Position numbers and translations under genes: made by a program. The notes under the pieces were generated by a model, which was not told the DNA's origin, did no database searches, and worked only from the letters and a program-made list of their open reading frames with translations. A stretch of DNA of 64,000 nucleotides from Podarcis tiliguerta (taxonomy: Eukaryota): assembly GCA_965153285.1 (NCBI GenBank), contig OZ229119.1, one strand, 5' to 3'. Numbering within the stretch: position 1 is the first letter of the stretch; each line of letters starts with the position of its first letter. This document shows positions 36,040 to 49,900 of this stretch, in pieces.

Positions 36040-37900
36040 ATTTTACATGGCACGTCTCTCCGGACCCGTAATCCACCGCTTCAAGAAGAGACCCACCTTG
36101 GATCAGACGCAACCCACGTGCGATGATCCATCTGCCAGTTGAAAACCAAGGCGGCAGTGGGCAGTACCTTCAAGACCGTAAGCCTCCCTGCCTCCGCCCA
36201 GCGTCATTCCCCGTGCCCTCGTCTTCAGTGCAACCCACCCAGGCGCCTGTAAACTAACCATGTAAAAAGAAAACCTCGGGTTTTGTGGCACCTTTAAAAA
36301 AGCACCTGATAAGGGGCGTTTGGAATAATTTAAAGGCAGCACAACTACCCCCCGAGCCGGTTATTTGGGACACTTAGTTGACACCTCAAAAAGAGCAAAA
36401 CGCCCATTTTTATTCACACGCACTCACCCTGCAGCCTTTCAATCTCCAAGAGCGACAAGAAGGGCGCACAAAATGCGGGAAACCGAGGCCAGCGGTTGTT
36501 TACTACCTGGCGGACGCAGCCCGGCCAGGCTCCGCCGTGGGGAAGCCTTTCCTCGAGCACACCCAGCCGTCCCGGAGCTGCTCTGGCCAGTCTCGCCTCT
36601 CCTCCGAACAGAAGGAAGCGTGGAGGGACTCTCAACCTTCCCGCCACAAGCGCCCCCCCCCCTCCAAGCCCTGCCCAGGCGCGGTGCCTCCCCTTCCCCA
36701 TCGGGCCCTCCGCTTCCCTCCCGCTTCTCCGCCCTCCCAACCCGCCACAGTCGCCGCGAGGCTTATTTACGTTTCGGCACCACAGCGCCGCGGCTCCTTT
36801 CTCCTCAACATGCCCGAGGCGGGCGGGCGGGCGGGCGGGCGAGAGGGGAGACGGAGGCCGCCCAGCCAGAACCGCGTCTCGTCCCCACGTGCTCGCCTGT
36901 GGCTCAGCCGGTCAGACTAGGCCAAGCTGGGGCGGCCCGCTTGACCGCAGCCTCGCCCCGAGGGAGAAGCGGAGATGGGCGGGCGGGCGGCCCTTTCCCC
37001 GCACGTACTGCCCCCCACGGCGCCCCATCGAGAATGGCCACGGTGGGGGAACGTTCCCCGCCTGCGGAGGGGCCGCCAGAGAAGGGGGCCGCCTCTGCCC
37101 CCTCCCTGTTTTCTCCCCCTCCGCCTCAGAGCAGAGCGCGAGATCCCCTCCAAGCCAGGGCAGAGGCTCCCCCTCCCTCCCCCGCCACCAACCGCCTCCT
37201 ATTGTAACAGGAGGCCCCCACCCTCCGAGCCCACGCTTACCTACCTGCGCGAGGCCGGGTCTCGCAGTGACTCAGGAGCGAGGGAGAAGCGCCGCGCGGC
37301 TGGCGGTAAAAAGACCCGAGCTCCCGCCGCTCGCGCTCATATAGAATTAACGTCACCACGTAACATCCCCCCTCCTCTTCCCCCTCCTCCTCTCTGTCCT
37401 TCCCCTCCCCTTCCTCTTCCCGCGCGCCCCTGTCTCCAGGCAACCCCGTGCGTGCGCGCGCCTTGGAACGGCGAGCCTTGCTGCCTAGTGACAAGCAGCG
37501 GGCTCTTCTTTCCTCTCACCTCTTTCTCTCTCTCTCGCCCGCCAATCAGCCCGCCAACCAAAGTCCCAGCCAACCACCGGGGCCCGGGCGCGAGCCAGGC
37601 CTTGGGCACGCCACAGGCAAGGCCACGTGGTCCCGGGTTCCCTGGGACAAACAACAGCGCGCGAGCGCGCTTGGGTGTGTGGAGCGTGTGCGTGGAGTTG
37701 GGGGGGGGGGAGGAAGTGAAAGGGGAGGGAGGATTGCAGCGCCGCGAGCCCGGGCTGGCGGGCAGTTGGCAAGGAAAGGGAAAGGGAGAGCTGAAAGCTT
37801 GGGGCGCGCCTTGGGTGGTTCCCTCCGGCCCTGCGTGACGGCCAGCCTGGCTAATCCTGGCCACAGACTGAGCAGCGCTTCAAGCGCATCCTGCCTGCAT
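36040..37900. promoter_or_regulatory. NAP1L1: CpG island / NAP1L1 promoter
   Basis: GC- and CpG-rich. TATA-like element 37337-37343, CRE-like TGACGT about 37350-37355, CCAAT 37542-37546, CACGTG at 36115, 36886 and 37624, AP-1 TGAGTCA 37268-37274, many GC boxes. Confidence 0.9.
37241..37313 (-). other. NAP1L1: NAP1L1 non-coding exon 1 (5'TOP/TCT start)
   Basis: Minus strand reads T|CTTTTTACCGCC at 37313 with TATATGA 30 nt upstream, and ends in CAG GTAG GTAAGC. It lies within the CpG island. Confidence 0.75.
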
Positions 37901-37923
37901 TTCTTCTGTGCGCTTGTATATAC

Positions 37924-37926
<3 letters not shown>

Positions 37927-37978
<52 letters not shown>
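37927..37978. repeat. (TG)n(GA)n compound microsatellite
   Basis: Direct reading. Lies at the edge of the NAP1L1 CpG island. Confidence 0.95.
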
Positions 37979-37979
<1 letters not shown>

Positions 37980-38399
37980 TCCATCTTCCATTCTGTCCCA
38001 TATTGGCGCTGATTTGGTCAGTATTGCCATGTTCACCATCATCATTGCTACCATCCACAAACACGGTGCATTACAAAGTGTAAGAAGACAGATCTCTGCC
38101 CCGAAGAGTTTCCAGTTTGATACAGGGCAGGCGGCAGTGGAAGATGGAGCCAGGAGTATAAAATGTGTTTATTTCAGTACTTAAGCTTGATTTCAGGTCA
38201 GTGTGAAATAAATTGCCCAGGCTTCGCTCAAAAAAGTGGGGTTTGAGAGAGATTTCAAGGAAATAACGCAGATGTCCTTCTGGTGTCTGAGTTCTAGGCT
38301 AAAGGGTCAGCAAAAGACAAAGGATGGACTCATTTGAGGAACCTGGAGACTTGGGACAATTGAGGATTATGGAGATGGACGAGTGAAGGTCATAGGGCA

Positions 38400-39280
38400 C
38401 CATTTTATCGCCAATGCTTTTAAATAGCTATATAAATCTGTTGGAAGCTTCATTAGGAGTTTTCGGGTGGGAAATCATCAGTATGCTGATGACACTCAGC
38501 CGTACTTCTCTATTACATCTGAATCAGGTGAGACTGTGCAAGCCCTGGACCAATGCCAGGATGCAGTGGTGGGATGGATGGGGGCCAATAAACAGAGTTT
38601 GAGTCCCAGTAAGATGGAGGCACAGTGGGTGAGTGGTTTCTGTGATTAGGAGACAGGTAAAGTGTCTATCCTCGATGGGCTTATGCTAAGGAAACAGGTC
38701 TGAAGTGTGGTCCTTCTGCATCCATCTTTATCACTAGAGGCCCAAATGGTCTCAGTGACTAGGAGCACCTATAAACTTCATCTGGTAAGACAGCTGCAGC
38801 CATTCCTGGATCAAGATTAGCTTGGTCTCTGTGCTTCATGCATTGGTAATCTCAAAATTACACTATTACTTTATGTGGGACTTCCCTTGTGTTTGGTCAA
38901 GAAGCCACAAATTGTGTAAAATGCAACTGTCTGGCTGCTGGTGGGGGATTCCCATCAACAGTTTATAGCACTTCTGCATAAGGATCTGCATTGGTTGTCT
39001 AAATGTTAATGGACCAAATTTCGGTATTGCTAGAAGTATATAAAGCCCTGAACAGGTTGGGGCCAGTTAACTGAGGCACTGCCTTGCCCCATATAAATCT
39101 GCTCCATCATTACATTCAGCCAGGGAGGCACGGTTAAGGATGCCACGTGATGTTTGCCTTGCTTCTACAAAACAGAGGATATTTAGTGTCTGCACACACT
39201 AAACGTCTTGCCTATTACTCATTAGCAAGAATCATTTCATTTCAGATGGCTACTTAAGTCTACTTAAGCATTTTTAAGAT
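38400..39280 (+). mobile_element. Degenerate L2-clade LINE ORF2 (reverse transcriptase) fragment
   Basis: HQYADDTQPYFS...WMGANKQSLSPSKME matches the YADD RT motif and the L2-type WMxxNxLxLNxxKTE motif. Many stops and frameshifts. Confidence 0.8.
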
Positions 39281-40412
39281 GTATAGCTCAACAATCAGTT
39301 ATTGTGCATCATTGTCCAGGTATTGGCTAAGTATTTTTGCAGTTTTATGGATATGTTATGTTCACCTAGATACTTTGTCCTGGACATAAGTAAATAAATA
39401 GGCAGGGATGTACAGGATTCAAAAGCAGAGCAATCAGAAAGGGGCGAGGCTATGAAGATTCTAAGCAGAGGTGTTGCATGTCAAAGCAGAGTGCTGAATA
39501 GACAGGAGGGGACCAAGGTGAGAACAGAAGACAGGAGAAATTTGCAGTGCTCAGACTTAACATCTTGATTTTTTAGTGTTAGGTATTGTGGGGAGTCTCA
39601 TATTCAGACATTTCTTCTGATCAGTTTCCTGAACTGCATATGTGCTATGTCCAGCTTTTTATCTGTTGTAGAAATGCCTTAACAATGCTTATACCACCAT
39701 CACAGAGTGCTTGTGAGCCCAAACAGTACATTCCCTTCACGCCCTTGAACAGCCACAGCCTAATTCACATCTGGTGAATCAGGAGCAATAACCCCTAGTT
39801 GGTTTCAAAGCAAGCTTGAGCTCTGCTGCTTTCTACTACTGAGCAGTTAGGCTCAAAATACTCCTAACATACTCCATCAAGCCTTAATTTGCAGTAGGAC
39901 TCAGCACCAGCATTGACTTTGTTTCAGGACTTCGCCCTCTGCTTTGCGAAGCAGTAATTATTAAGGATACTTCTACACAGAAGCCTTCTGCCAGTTTCTT
40001 TCTCCCCTTATTCTGCTTTAATCTGGATCGGGAATGGCACACACCTTTGTGAATTTTATGTATTTACGTCTGCTGTATCCTGTCCACACCAGTGCATGAC
40101 TCAGTGCGCCTGTTTTGCATATGTAGGCCCTCTCCCTTTCTTAATGTTTCCCACTGACTATCTGCTTCACCTCATTGAGCGTATGTACAAATCACAAAGT
40201 ACAGCAGGGATTTTGGAATTGTATGCCCACATGAAGTTCACTGTTGTACAGTTGTCACTGTCTGCCCACACTTATAACTCATGCAGCACCTATAGTAGCG
40301 GATGGAGGTGACAGCTGGACCTGAATGGTTTTTTTCATGGTGGAGTAGGACTTATGCTTCATTGAAAAGCCTGGCATGCCTCTATTATTGGTGGCACAAT
40401 AACTCACACAGG

Positions 40413-40414
<2 letters not shown>

Positions 40415-40446
<32 letters not shown>
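40415..40446. repeat. (TG)n microsatellite
   Basis: Direct reading. Confidence 0.95.
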
Positions 40447-40447
<1 letters not shown>

Positions 40448-42353
40448 TAGCTGCACCTGAATTATCCAAAGATCACAGGGCAATTTACAACAATATGAAA
40501 TAGTTTCACTTTGAATTGTCTAGTTTTTGTGATTTTACTGGTCTTATCTCTCCCCCCCCCCCGCCCCTTAGATAACGCTATATAATATGTTAGGTGGGGG
40601 AGGGGTTTGAATCAAGACATGCTGAATTCCAGCATGACGTCATGTGGAAATATACCTAAAAATGAGTGCCTGGGACACTGCAAGCATGAAGCAAATGGCT
40701 AGCATAGAAGTGCCCAAAAATGAAGAATGCTGCGCACTCTTGAAACAAAAACCTGCTTTTTCTGCAGTGGACCAGAAAGTATCCACCAAATTCTATGCAT
40801 TTTAACTCAGAAGTAAATACCATTTTGTTCAATGAGTCTTATACTTTCCAGGTAGGATTGCAGCCTTATGGGAGACTTTACCAGAATAAAGTGGGTATTA
40901 ATAGGACTGACTATATTACAGAACTCATAATTGAACTGACTGCAGAGAGACATATTTAGATGCTTTCACAATTGCAACATACAATACCTTCCCAGTTTTA
41001 GTTAAAAAAAAGTTTAAAAAGGTTAAAAAAAGGATAAGGAGTCTTGTGGCACCTGAATGACTTACCAACTTAATATGGCATGAGTGGATACAGTGGATAG
41101 ACAACTATCACGGGTGTGACTTCTTCCATCACTGCAGCTTTGTGATGGGAAAAGCTGTACCACTTAGTGAATTTTGCCACTAACAAAATTCTTAAAGCTG
41201 CGGGATCAGAGCTTGTCCATTCATTGAGCTTGGTGACATTAGCATATGGATTACTTAGGGTTTCTTTGGATCTTACATTGTAATTTGTAATAAATGGCAC
41301 CAGCATTGTGCTAGAGAAATTGATGGCTCAGTAAATAGTCTGTTTGGAAGATATATTTTTCTATGGCAGTTGTGGGGCATCAAACATGACATGCTCACTT
41401 TTTCTTGGCAATGAAAATGTTACATATATAATCAAGATAGTAATTCAGTGAAGGACTCACAGTACCTTCCCTATTGTTCTTTACTTCCTGACTGATATTT
41501 TTAGAGCAGAGGCAGATTAGTGATTCATCAGGAAGCAAGTTAGATTATAGTTTAATAGAGCCCCAGTGATGCTATCACATTGCAGGGGATTCAGTTCTCC
41601 TTGTAAGTTTAAATGAGATTCCCACCCATCTTTCTGTTTTCACTTGTTTCTTTTGCGTTAGCGAAAAAAAGAGTAGTTTTTCCACCCAGGGGACACAACA
41701 GTCAAGTAGAGAAATATAGGTAGAACCTCTTGGAACATCATGAGAAGAAAAGAAAAGAGAACAAGAATGTGGTATGGGGTGGAATGAAAAGTTGAAATGT
41801 GATTATACATTTTTTGACATAAATATGAGTTTCTTTAAAGTATCTTATTTCTTACTAGTTTTTCAACTCTTCAGGGACAAACCGTGATTCTTGCCTTAAC
41901 ACCACAAGGATTAATTATGCACACAGGGAGTACAGTTCATAGAGAAAATCAGAAAGTGGCGTAAGATGCAAAACAGTGCATTTTAGTAGCTTTGGATAAC
42001 AATGCTAAAGTGTGACACAGTCCTCTTCTGGGTCAAACTGCATGTTTTATGCAAATACCTCTGATGAAGCTTGACAGGGTTTGTTTGTTTCTTTAATGAA
42101 AGGAAGCATTGGAAGGATGCATTTTTGAATGAAGGCGTGGGGGTAGCCAGCGAGCCTGGCACTAGCATGGTCTCTGGGCGTTAGCGAAAGCCAAGTCAAA
42201 ACAGATTTGCCTTGGGATGCCTTGGGATGAACAAGCAGCTGTTCTACTCAGGTTTTGGGATAGTAATAGGGGGGGAAAGGGTAACTGGAGAGATACAGTA
42301 GATGTTAGAGAAACAGAGCCTGAACAATTATTTACAAGATGCTACAGTATAAA

Positions 42354-42496
42354 CGGCTTAGTCATGCTGGCCACGTGACCAGGAAGCTGTCTGTGGACAA
42401 ACGCCAGCTCCCTCGGCCTATAGAGTGAGATGAGCGCGCAACCCCAGAGTCGGTCACAACTGGACCTAATGGTCAGGGGTCCCTTTACCTTTACCT
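42354..42496 (+). mobile_element. 5'-truncated Sauria SINE
   Basis: ACCTTT tail. Perfect 11-bp TSD TACAGTATAAA (42343-42353, 42497-42507). Confidence 0.9.
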
Positions 42497-43814
42497 TACA
42501 GTATAAATTGGTAGTAGACATCATAGAAATAGGACTGGGAGACTTCCATGTCATGGGTTAGAGATGAGTCAGTTCTAGATGACAAAGTATTGATTGAAAG
42601 AAAATTGCTGCATAAATTTGTTTTCTCAGTGTCTGCAGTGCTATTCAGTCTGAGTAAAACAGACTCATCTAAATCATATGATACAAAATATTTACTGTGT
42701 TTCAGGATCAATGCCTATATCATCCCAGTACTGTCCAAATTACTGCAATTGGAACTGCAGATATTACACAATAAACTGAAAGTGATTCATAAAAAAATAT
42801 AAGATCAATGGGCTGGTGAGGCATGTATAATATAGAAACATGCTCAGTGTTTATGTGTACAGTTTAAATACTAGAGAGCAAGGGAAAGGGGTGATGCCTT
42901 ACATTTTGACACAAGCTGTTAAGAATCTGACATATAAGATGAACTGACATGCAGTAACTTACCCACAACAATTGTTTCACATATTTCCATTTGCAAGTTC
43001 TGCTGCAGTTGCGCAGAAACATGAATTTATCAAACTGAACATTTTTGTAACCATTAGCGTTACATTTTGTCAGATTTTCAAATTCAGAGTCTAATGGACT
43101 GAGTTCTGGGACTGGGTTGCAATATTCTTCTCCTTAGTAAACTTACTTTATGATGAACAGCAGGTGTGGGAAACATTTGGACCTCCGGATGTTGTTGAAC
43201 ACACTAATGGCATGGGAGGATAGGAGTTATAGTTCAGCAGCAACTGGGAGCCCAAAGATTCCCACACCTGGTGTACAGCTTGCAGCTAGTTAGAAAAGAA
43301 AGCTCAGATGCTGATAAGCAGCACCTTGTAAAGTTCCCTTGGCTGTAAACTTTTCCAGATATCGTTCAGCGTTATGTCATCATAGACAGTGTTAGTTAAA
43401 TGGCATGCCATTTGTGCAACAGTGATGGATGCGCTGTCTAAGGAAAGCATCACATTTCATCAGGTACGAAATACAGCTCATCTGTCGCTCAGAAAATGCA
43501 GTATCTCTGCAACAGAAGAATGACCTCAAGATAGAAGGCACTAGACTATGCACATCAAATGAGCAAGCAAATTTGCATTTGTTGTGCTAAAATCCAATTG
43601 ATAATGCTTCGATAAATATCTACAAAAGACAGACATATCCTTGTGCAAGAACCTCCACATGCTTGCATTGACCTTGTCTCAATTATGTTGGATTCAGTGG
43701 TAATATTAGGAGTGGGTGGGATGAATATGATATGATGTCATAAAACTCTTTTCATGTCAGATAGGTTTTTACAGCCACAAAACCTTGCCACTTGCAGCAT
43801 GTCTCAGAAAAAAG

Positions 43815-43945
43815 AGGTGGAAGAAGAAGAGGAGGAGGAGGAGTTTGGATTTGATATCCCGCTTTATCACTACCTGAAGGAGTCTCAAAGCGGCTAACAT
43901 TCTCCTTCTTCCCTCACAACAAACACTCTGTGAGGTGAGTGGGAA
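43815..43945 (-). mobile_element. 3' fragment of the SINE family seen at 34108
   Basis: Reverse complement of about 34225-34350. Confidence 0.75.
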
Positions 43946-46900
43946 GCAGATATGGCTTGTTGGGCTCAATCAGCAGTTGTGGTTCCTGCTTTGGCCATCC
44001 GTTACCAATAGGGTGTTTTTTCCAGCAGAAGAGGAAGAAAGGGGGGGCATTTTTAGAGGAGACACATGCCCACCTTCGCTCTCTAGTAACACCTAAGTTT
44101 GGATGGACAGGTTCAAAACTTGAATGCTTATTGGCAGACAATAAACTCTGCAGCTTCAAATACACCGAAAGAAGTACAGTAGCTACATTTTCATATACGT
44201 ACTCCTGTGGAGTCCTGAAAACAGATTGAATAGGAGCAGCGGGTGAGCTCTACCTTTCTTTCACTGTCTTCGAAACATCCCACCTTCTCTTGGCTGCAAA
44301 CTACTAAGAAGCCACTGGCTGAACTGTAGATCCTTAAGATTTCCTCAGGAAGAAAGCTCAGTTGGCTCTGCGGCTCTTACTCGGCAAAAAAACCCCAAAC
44401 AACCCTACTTGATATTGTGTGGAAAGTTCACCTTTTAAAACTTGCTGGATCAGTTTCTATCTTTATCCAAAGCTTATCAAATGCCTCTTCTTTTCGTTGG
44501 TCTCTCTGATCTGGGAACTGTCGTATCGTGTGCTGCTATCATAAATTATTAATTGGTGTTATAATTCAGTAGGCTCTATTTTTGAAGTTTGATTAATTCA
44601 CTGCCTTTTTGCTTTATTATTTTAACTGCAGTGAGCCATGCTCAGATTAATATTTAGCATTGAAATCTCAGCCCTCTGGCATCACATCTCAAACTGAGTT
44701 CAAAGATTTATTGTTTATTTAAAAGATTTATATCCCATCTTTTCATTGAAGTGGTCCTTAAGGTGGCTTACAACCGAAGAAACTACACAGTGGAATAAAA
44801 AGCTTTTAAACTCCTCTCTTGGTGGTAGAAAATTTGTTTTGTAGTCTTACAGAACGGTATATAAGTTAAAGGCAATCTGGGGGGTTTCCTAAAGTAGTTC
44901 ACCATCCAAAATTCAAATGCTAATTTTCTCTGAATATTCTCTGTGTATTCAGTTTGAAATAGTGGAGTCTTTCATACTGAAGTTTATTTTCAAATGGAGC
45001 TTTGTATTCCTGTCAAATTTCATTTTACATAGTTAAAAATAAAAAGATTATATTTCTTTGTATGATTGCCCACTTCATATCATTGACTGGTGAGGCCAGG
45101 AGATACACAACATGATATGTCTTACTCCATAAAGTTCAGAAGTGAGGGACCTTTGGCCTTCCAGATGTTGCTGAATTAAAACTCTTATTGGCCCCAGAAA
45201 GTATGACCAGTGGCCAGAGATGAGGGGAGTTGTAAGTCATCAACATCTGGAGGGCAAAAAGTTCCCCACCCATTGCATACATGGTTCTCTCTAGCCCTTT
45301 TTTAGCACAACAATCTATGTGGTTGGTTAAGCTGAGATAGGATAGGTTAGTTAGAGTCTTCGCAGATGTGCTCACTTAGTAAGTTATGGCATAGGATCTA
45401 TGCCATATACACCTTGCACCTGAAGCAGTGGTCTCCTTTGTGTACATTAGTATACTTGAATAAAATAGCTGTTGCATTAAGATTCACCTTATCCTAATGC
45501 ATTTTTAAGGTGTATCGTCTGCCTGTAATAAAGCTAATTGATGTTACTCAGCATCCTTGTGCGGTATATCAGAAATGTCAAGGATGGCAATTCCTTCTGA
45601 CTCACTCTGGCTATCAGATACCTATGCTGATAGAAAATAACCCTGCAGGAATCTATTTTTGTAGCCATGGAGAGAAGCAAAATAAGCTGGAAGGGGCCAA
45701 GCAAGTACACACCACAGAAGAGCCTTCCTCACCCTCATGCACTCAAGATGTGCTGGACTACAACTGTAGTCCTAACTGCTGTGCAAGCCATTTTCTGCCC
45801 ATTGTGACCCCACATATATAGAGAGCCAGGGAGGCTGTTTGGCAGGACAAAATCAAAGCCAGGGGTTCATTCACTTGACTTCTAGTCCGCACAATATTTG
45901 CTCTGCAAATGTATTATTGTAGGATGGATGTGTGAACCCTATTGGTTCCAGTCTATCATCAATTTGGATTTGCCAGTTACTTTTTCTGGACCTCTACTGG
46001 TCCTCAGTATGTTATTATGGATCTGCGTATGTATTCTGCAAGGGTGAGGGGGGGGGGGAGTAAGGAGAAAACAATATTACTTTATTGACACATATGATTA
46101 AAATAACAAACTACAGCTCACATTTTAAGTGTTTGGAGGTTTCAGAAATCGCCAAAGACAAAAGCAAGCAAACTCTGGGATCATTTACACTAGAAAGAAT
46201 ATTGGGTAGAATTCAACATAAGGAGATTGTTCCATCAGTAAAAGCTTGCCCAATGGACAAAGAATATATTTGAAATAAGATGCTTAAATCATTACTGAAA
46301 TAAATACCTGAATGTGTTGGGTTCTGTCTTGGCTGTGAGCTTCCTTTGCTACAGAGGAGGAAGGTGCAAATTGAGGGGAAAGGGAGGAGCCAGAGCTGAC
46401 CAAGGTATTTTGCTGCCTGAGGCAGAGTAGCAAATGGTAGCATGTCCCCACAGCAAATGGAGGTGCATAGTACCTCAGCCCAGACCAAGTTATTTGGGCA
46501 CCTGAGCCAGAAAACCCCACAAGCATCCTACTCCCTGGCAATGAAGTACAATAATTACAGTTTAAAGAGCTTGACAATTTGCTACCCTTTCATGACGTCC
46601 AAAATCTGCTGCCTAACGTGGATGCCTCACCTTACCTCATGGTAGGGCCAGTCAGGATTACCTTGCAACTTTCTATGGGGAAAGCCTCAATTTTCTCCCT
46701 CAAAAGAGCTTCCAAGGCAGCCATTTAAATAAATAAATGAATGTTTTCCAGGCAAGTCGAAATGGGTTCACTGTCACCGTTCACCAGTCAGCTTGCGAAT
46801 TGTGGACTTATGTTTCTTTTTGACAAACATCTGGAAATGAGAAGAAAGAAGGTGTTTTGTTTTCTGAGAATTGTCTTAAAAAGAGCTGAGATCCCACAGA

Positions 46901-49900
46901 GTGTGTGAAGAGAAAGCTTACGCTGAAAATAGTATTTAGAGACGGTGGTTGTATATAACCAATCAACGATGCACACACAGTCCCTGGCCTGGGGAGTGTT
47001 TCTCTTCTCCCACCCCTGCATGTACAGTACCACGCAGCCTTAAGGTTTTTAGAAGAACTAGTGATATTCCAGTATGGGTTAAAATTGGATGGGAGAGGGA
47101 GAGAGATGGTACTGTAGGGCCCCCTCTGCTGCAAGACCAGCAATTTTTGGCTTATCGCCTTGAAATCACTTAGTTCTACCTGGTCAAACTTTGAAACATA
47201 TGGAACAGTCTCTTGAGTTTGCCTGTTTTCTCCTCCTGCTCAATCCCTTTTCCTTTTGTGCCATGTCTTTTAGATTGTCACTCTGAGGGCAGGGACTGTC
47301 TCATGACTGTTATTTATGAAACGCTTTGGGAGTCCTTATTCCAGAATAAATAGATAAACAAATACATAAATACAATCTGACAGGCCACCGAGACAAAGCC
47401 ACAAAGCAGGGCATTACATCTTCATGGTCTCAGTGCCAATGTAAAAGGCAGATTTTTGATTTTTTATTTATTTGTGCCTCTGGAGGTATTCTGTTCATTG
47501 GGCTACCTAAGCCACAGGTTGCAAGGAGTTTGCACATCTGGGGAGACAATTTATAAGTGATATAACAGAAGACTATGCAATTAATGCCTTCAGTAAAGCT
47601 ATGCTATTATGTCTACTAAAATCCTCAGATGGCCTATAATGGAAATCAAGCATCTGTCAAATGGCCATATTTTAAAATCCAGGTATGTTCTTACAACAAC
47701 CAAGGAAGTAACAGATGGATGAAAGGCTTGACTTCCCCGCACAGTTGTATTATAAAAAGCTTGAATTCTTAGTGATAGGACTCAAGAATAGGTATATTTG
47801 AATTTGGCATAGCTTTTGCGTTTAAATATGAAAGAATGATGATCCTATAGTAATATGCTATCATCCAGCTGTGATACTAGCTTCTGAAATGAATTCATAG
47901 TGTGGTGGCAAAATGTAACTGTGTTCCTTTTGAATGCATTACTAATAATTATGAGAGAGAAGAACTTACTATTAGGATCTCGCACAATAATGCATGCACT
48001 TTATTTAAAAAATGAGTTCACAGTAATACAATCATATTATATGTTTTTCCTATAGATTTATAGCAGTTGTTTGCTGATTGCATTAACTATATACACCCAC
48101 CCATACACCCCTTTTGTTTCTTCTTTTACAGATAACTCCAATTATAAAACTCTCTGTTTAGGCAGGAATATACAGAATACATTATTTTAGCATTCCTCTG
48201 TCTTGGCCTACTTAGCAAGCATATGAATAATAGCTGCCTTTCTCTCTAGAACTATGCTTTGTAACTGGGTATTCTGGGAACTAGTATTAAACTTAGCAAT
48301 CCACAAGCACCATAAAAGCCTCGCACGCTGCAACAGATACATCACTCTGAAACTGGGTGCATCAAACAATCTTAACAACTACGGTTGCTTCCCCACGGAT
48401 TCTTTCTCAAAAGTTGCCATGTTTAGCTCATTCGCTTTTTATGGAGTATGCAAACATTGCTATCAAACCATTACAGTTCCAGTGTTTTCTGTGTTGCACT
48501 CCTGTGCAATAAAACACAATTGCAGCATTAGCCTGTCCAGTGCAGGCAGCAAGCTGTTAGTTTCAGAGCTACTGTACCTTGGATTAGAAGTCTCCTGTTT
48601 GCAGGTTCGGCCCATTCTAATGAGCAAAGAAACGAATTCTTGGCGATGGCTGGTGGATTACTGATGAAAAGTCTTTTTATTGTCAACTGAATAATTTCTC
48701 TTAATTGTCGTAGTGTAAAAACCTAGGGTCATCCCAAGGAAGCTGAATAGTGTTGAATAGTGTGAGTTTCAGGACAGTCAGAATTGAGTACTTTTTCTCA
48801 CAGCACATAGACTGTGAAATTCGCTACCACATGATGTGCTGAGTCCAATAGCCTTAGATAGCTATAAAGGTGGATTAGGGCAATTAAAAGGCTATATATT
48901 GCTGCTATATGCTATATATCACTACCCCAACCATGATCAAGAGAAATAAAAACAGAATAGGCAAGAACTGCACAGAGGAAACTTTGAAATGATTGTTAGA
49001 AAGGACTTTTGCTGAATGGGACTTACTTTATTTTAAAAAGTTCTTGAACATGGGGAAATGAATCATCAGATAATACCATCTTTATTAAGTGCTGTGTTGA
49101 ATGCTCATATTATGTATTTATAATATTTCTAACCTGCCTTTCAAGATCCTTACAGCATAGCCCCATTCCAGCTAATTCAAGCAAGGCAATGCTTCAGCAG
49201 TGCTAAAGGTCTCCAGTGTGGAAGAACAATCTGGTTCTATCACTTCAGATCAGAAGAAACCTGATAAGAAAAATGCCCAGTCATCTGAAACAGCTGAGAA
49301 ATAAAATAATACATGGGTGTACTTCTAGCAAGCATTATATAAACTACTCGTGCACCTGCAGTCATATTAGGTAAAGAAGAGGGATCCAAGCATAAAATAA
49401 AACAGTTACTATAATTACAGCACAGTTCTCTCTACAGGGTTGTCCCACACTGATGAGGTATAATATTAGGAGGGGCTATGGAGCAAGCAAGTGATGCCTT
49501 CAGGTTTTGGGGAGCACAACTCCCACCAGCCCCAGCCAAGATGGTGAATGGTCAGGGATAACAGGGGAGCTGTAGCACAACAGCATCTGAAGGGCAGCAC
49601 ATTATCACATCACTGGAATCTCGCCATCACTTCGGAGGACAAATCCTCTTTGGAGCAGTGGTAAATTCTGAAGCGCCCTTACTCTTCATGGCAATCCCCA
49701 CAGCTACACCCTTCCTAAGAATACGCAACAAAAAATGAACTTTTGACCAATGCAGACATGCAGGCTTCAATACCAAGTAAGATGTCTTTTTGGTTATAGG
49801 TTTTATAGCCCGCCCGCCCCCATTCCACACACATGGGCTCTTGTAGCAGGTCAGCACAAAGGCAATGAACAGATATAAGAATTACATTTTAAAAGCAATA

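Noticed and set aside
12903-37240. Intronic snoRNAs, since 5'TOP genes often host them
   Set aside because: No convincing box C/D or H/ACA candidate was found by eye. An Infernal/Rfam scan would be needed to exclude them.
36365-38083. Several 170-290 aa ORFs in the NAP1L1 CpG island
   Set aside because: Pro/Arg/Gly-rich GC artefacts open in many frames, with no recognisable homology.
41030-41210. Possible Penelope-like fragments (also about 9230-9350)
   Set aside because: Too degenerate to call without a repeat library.
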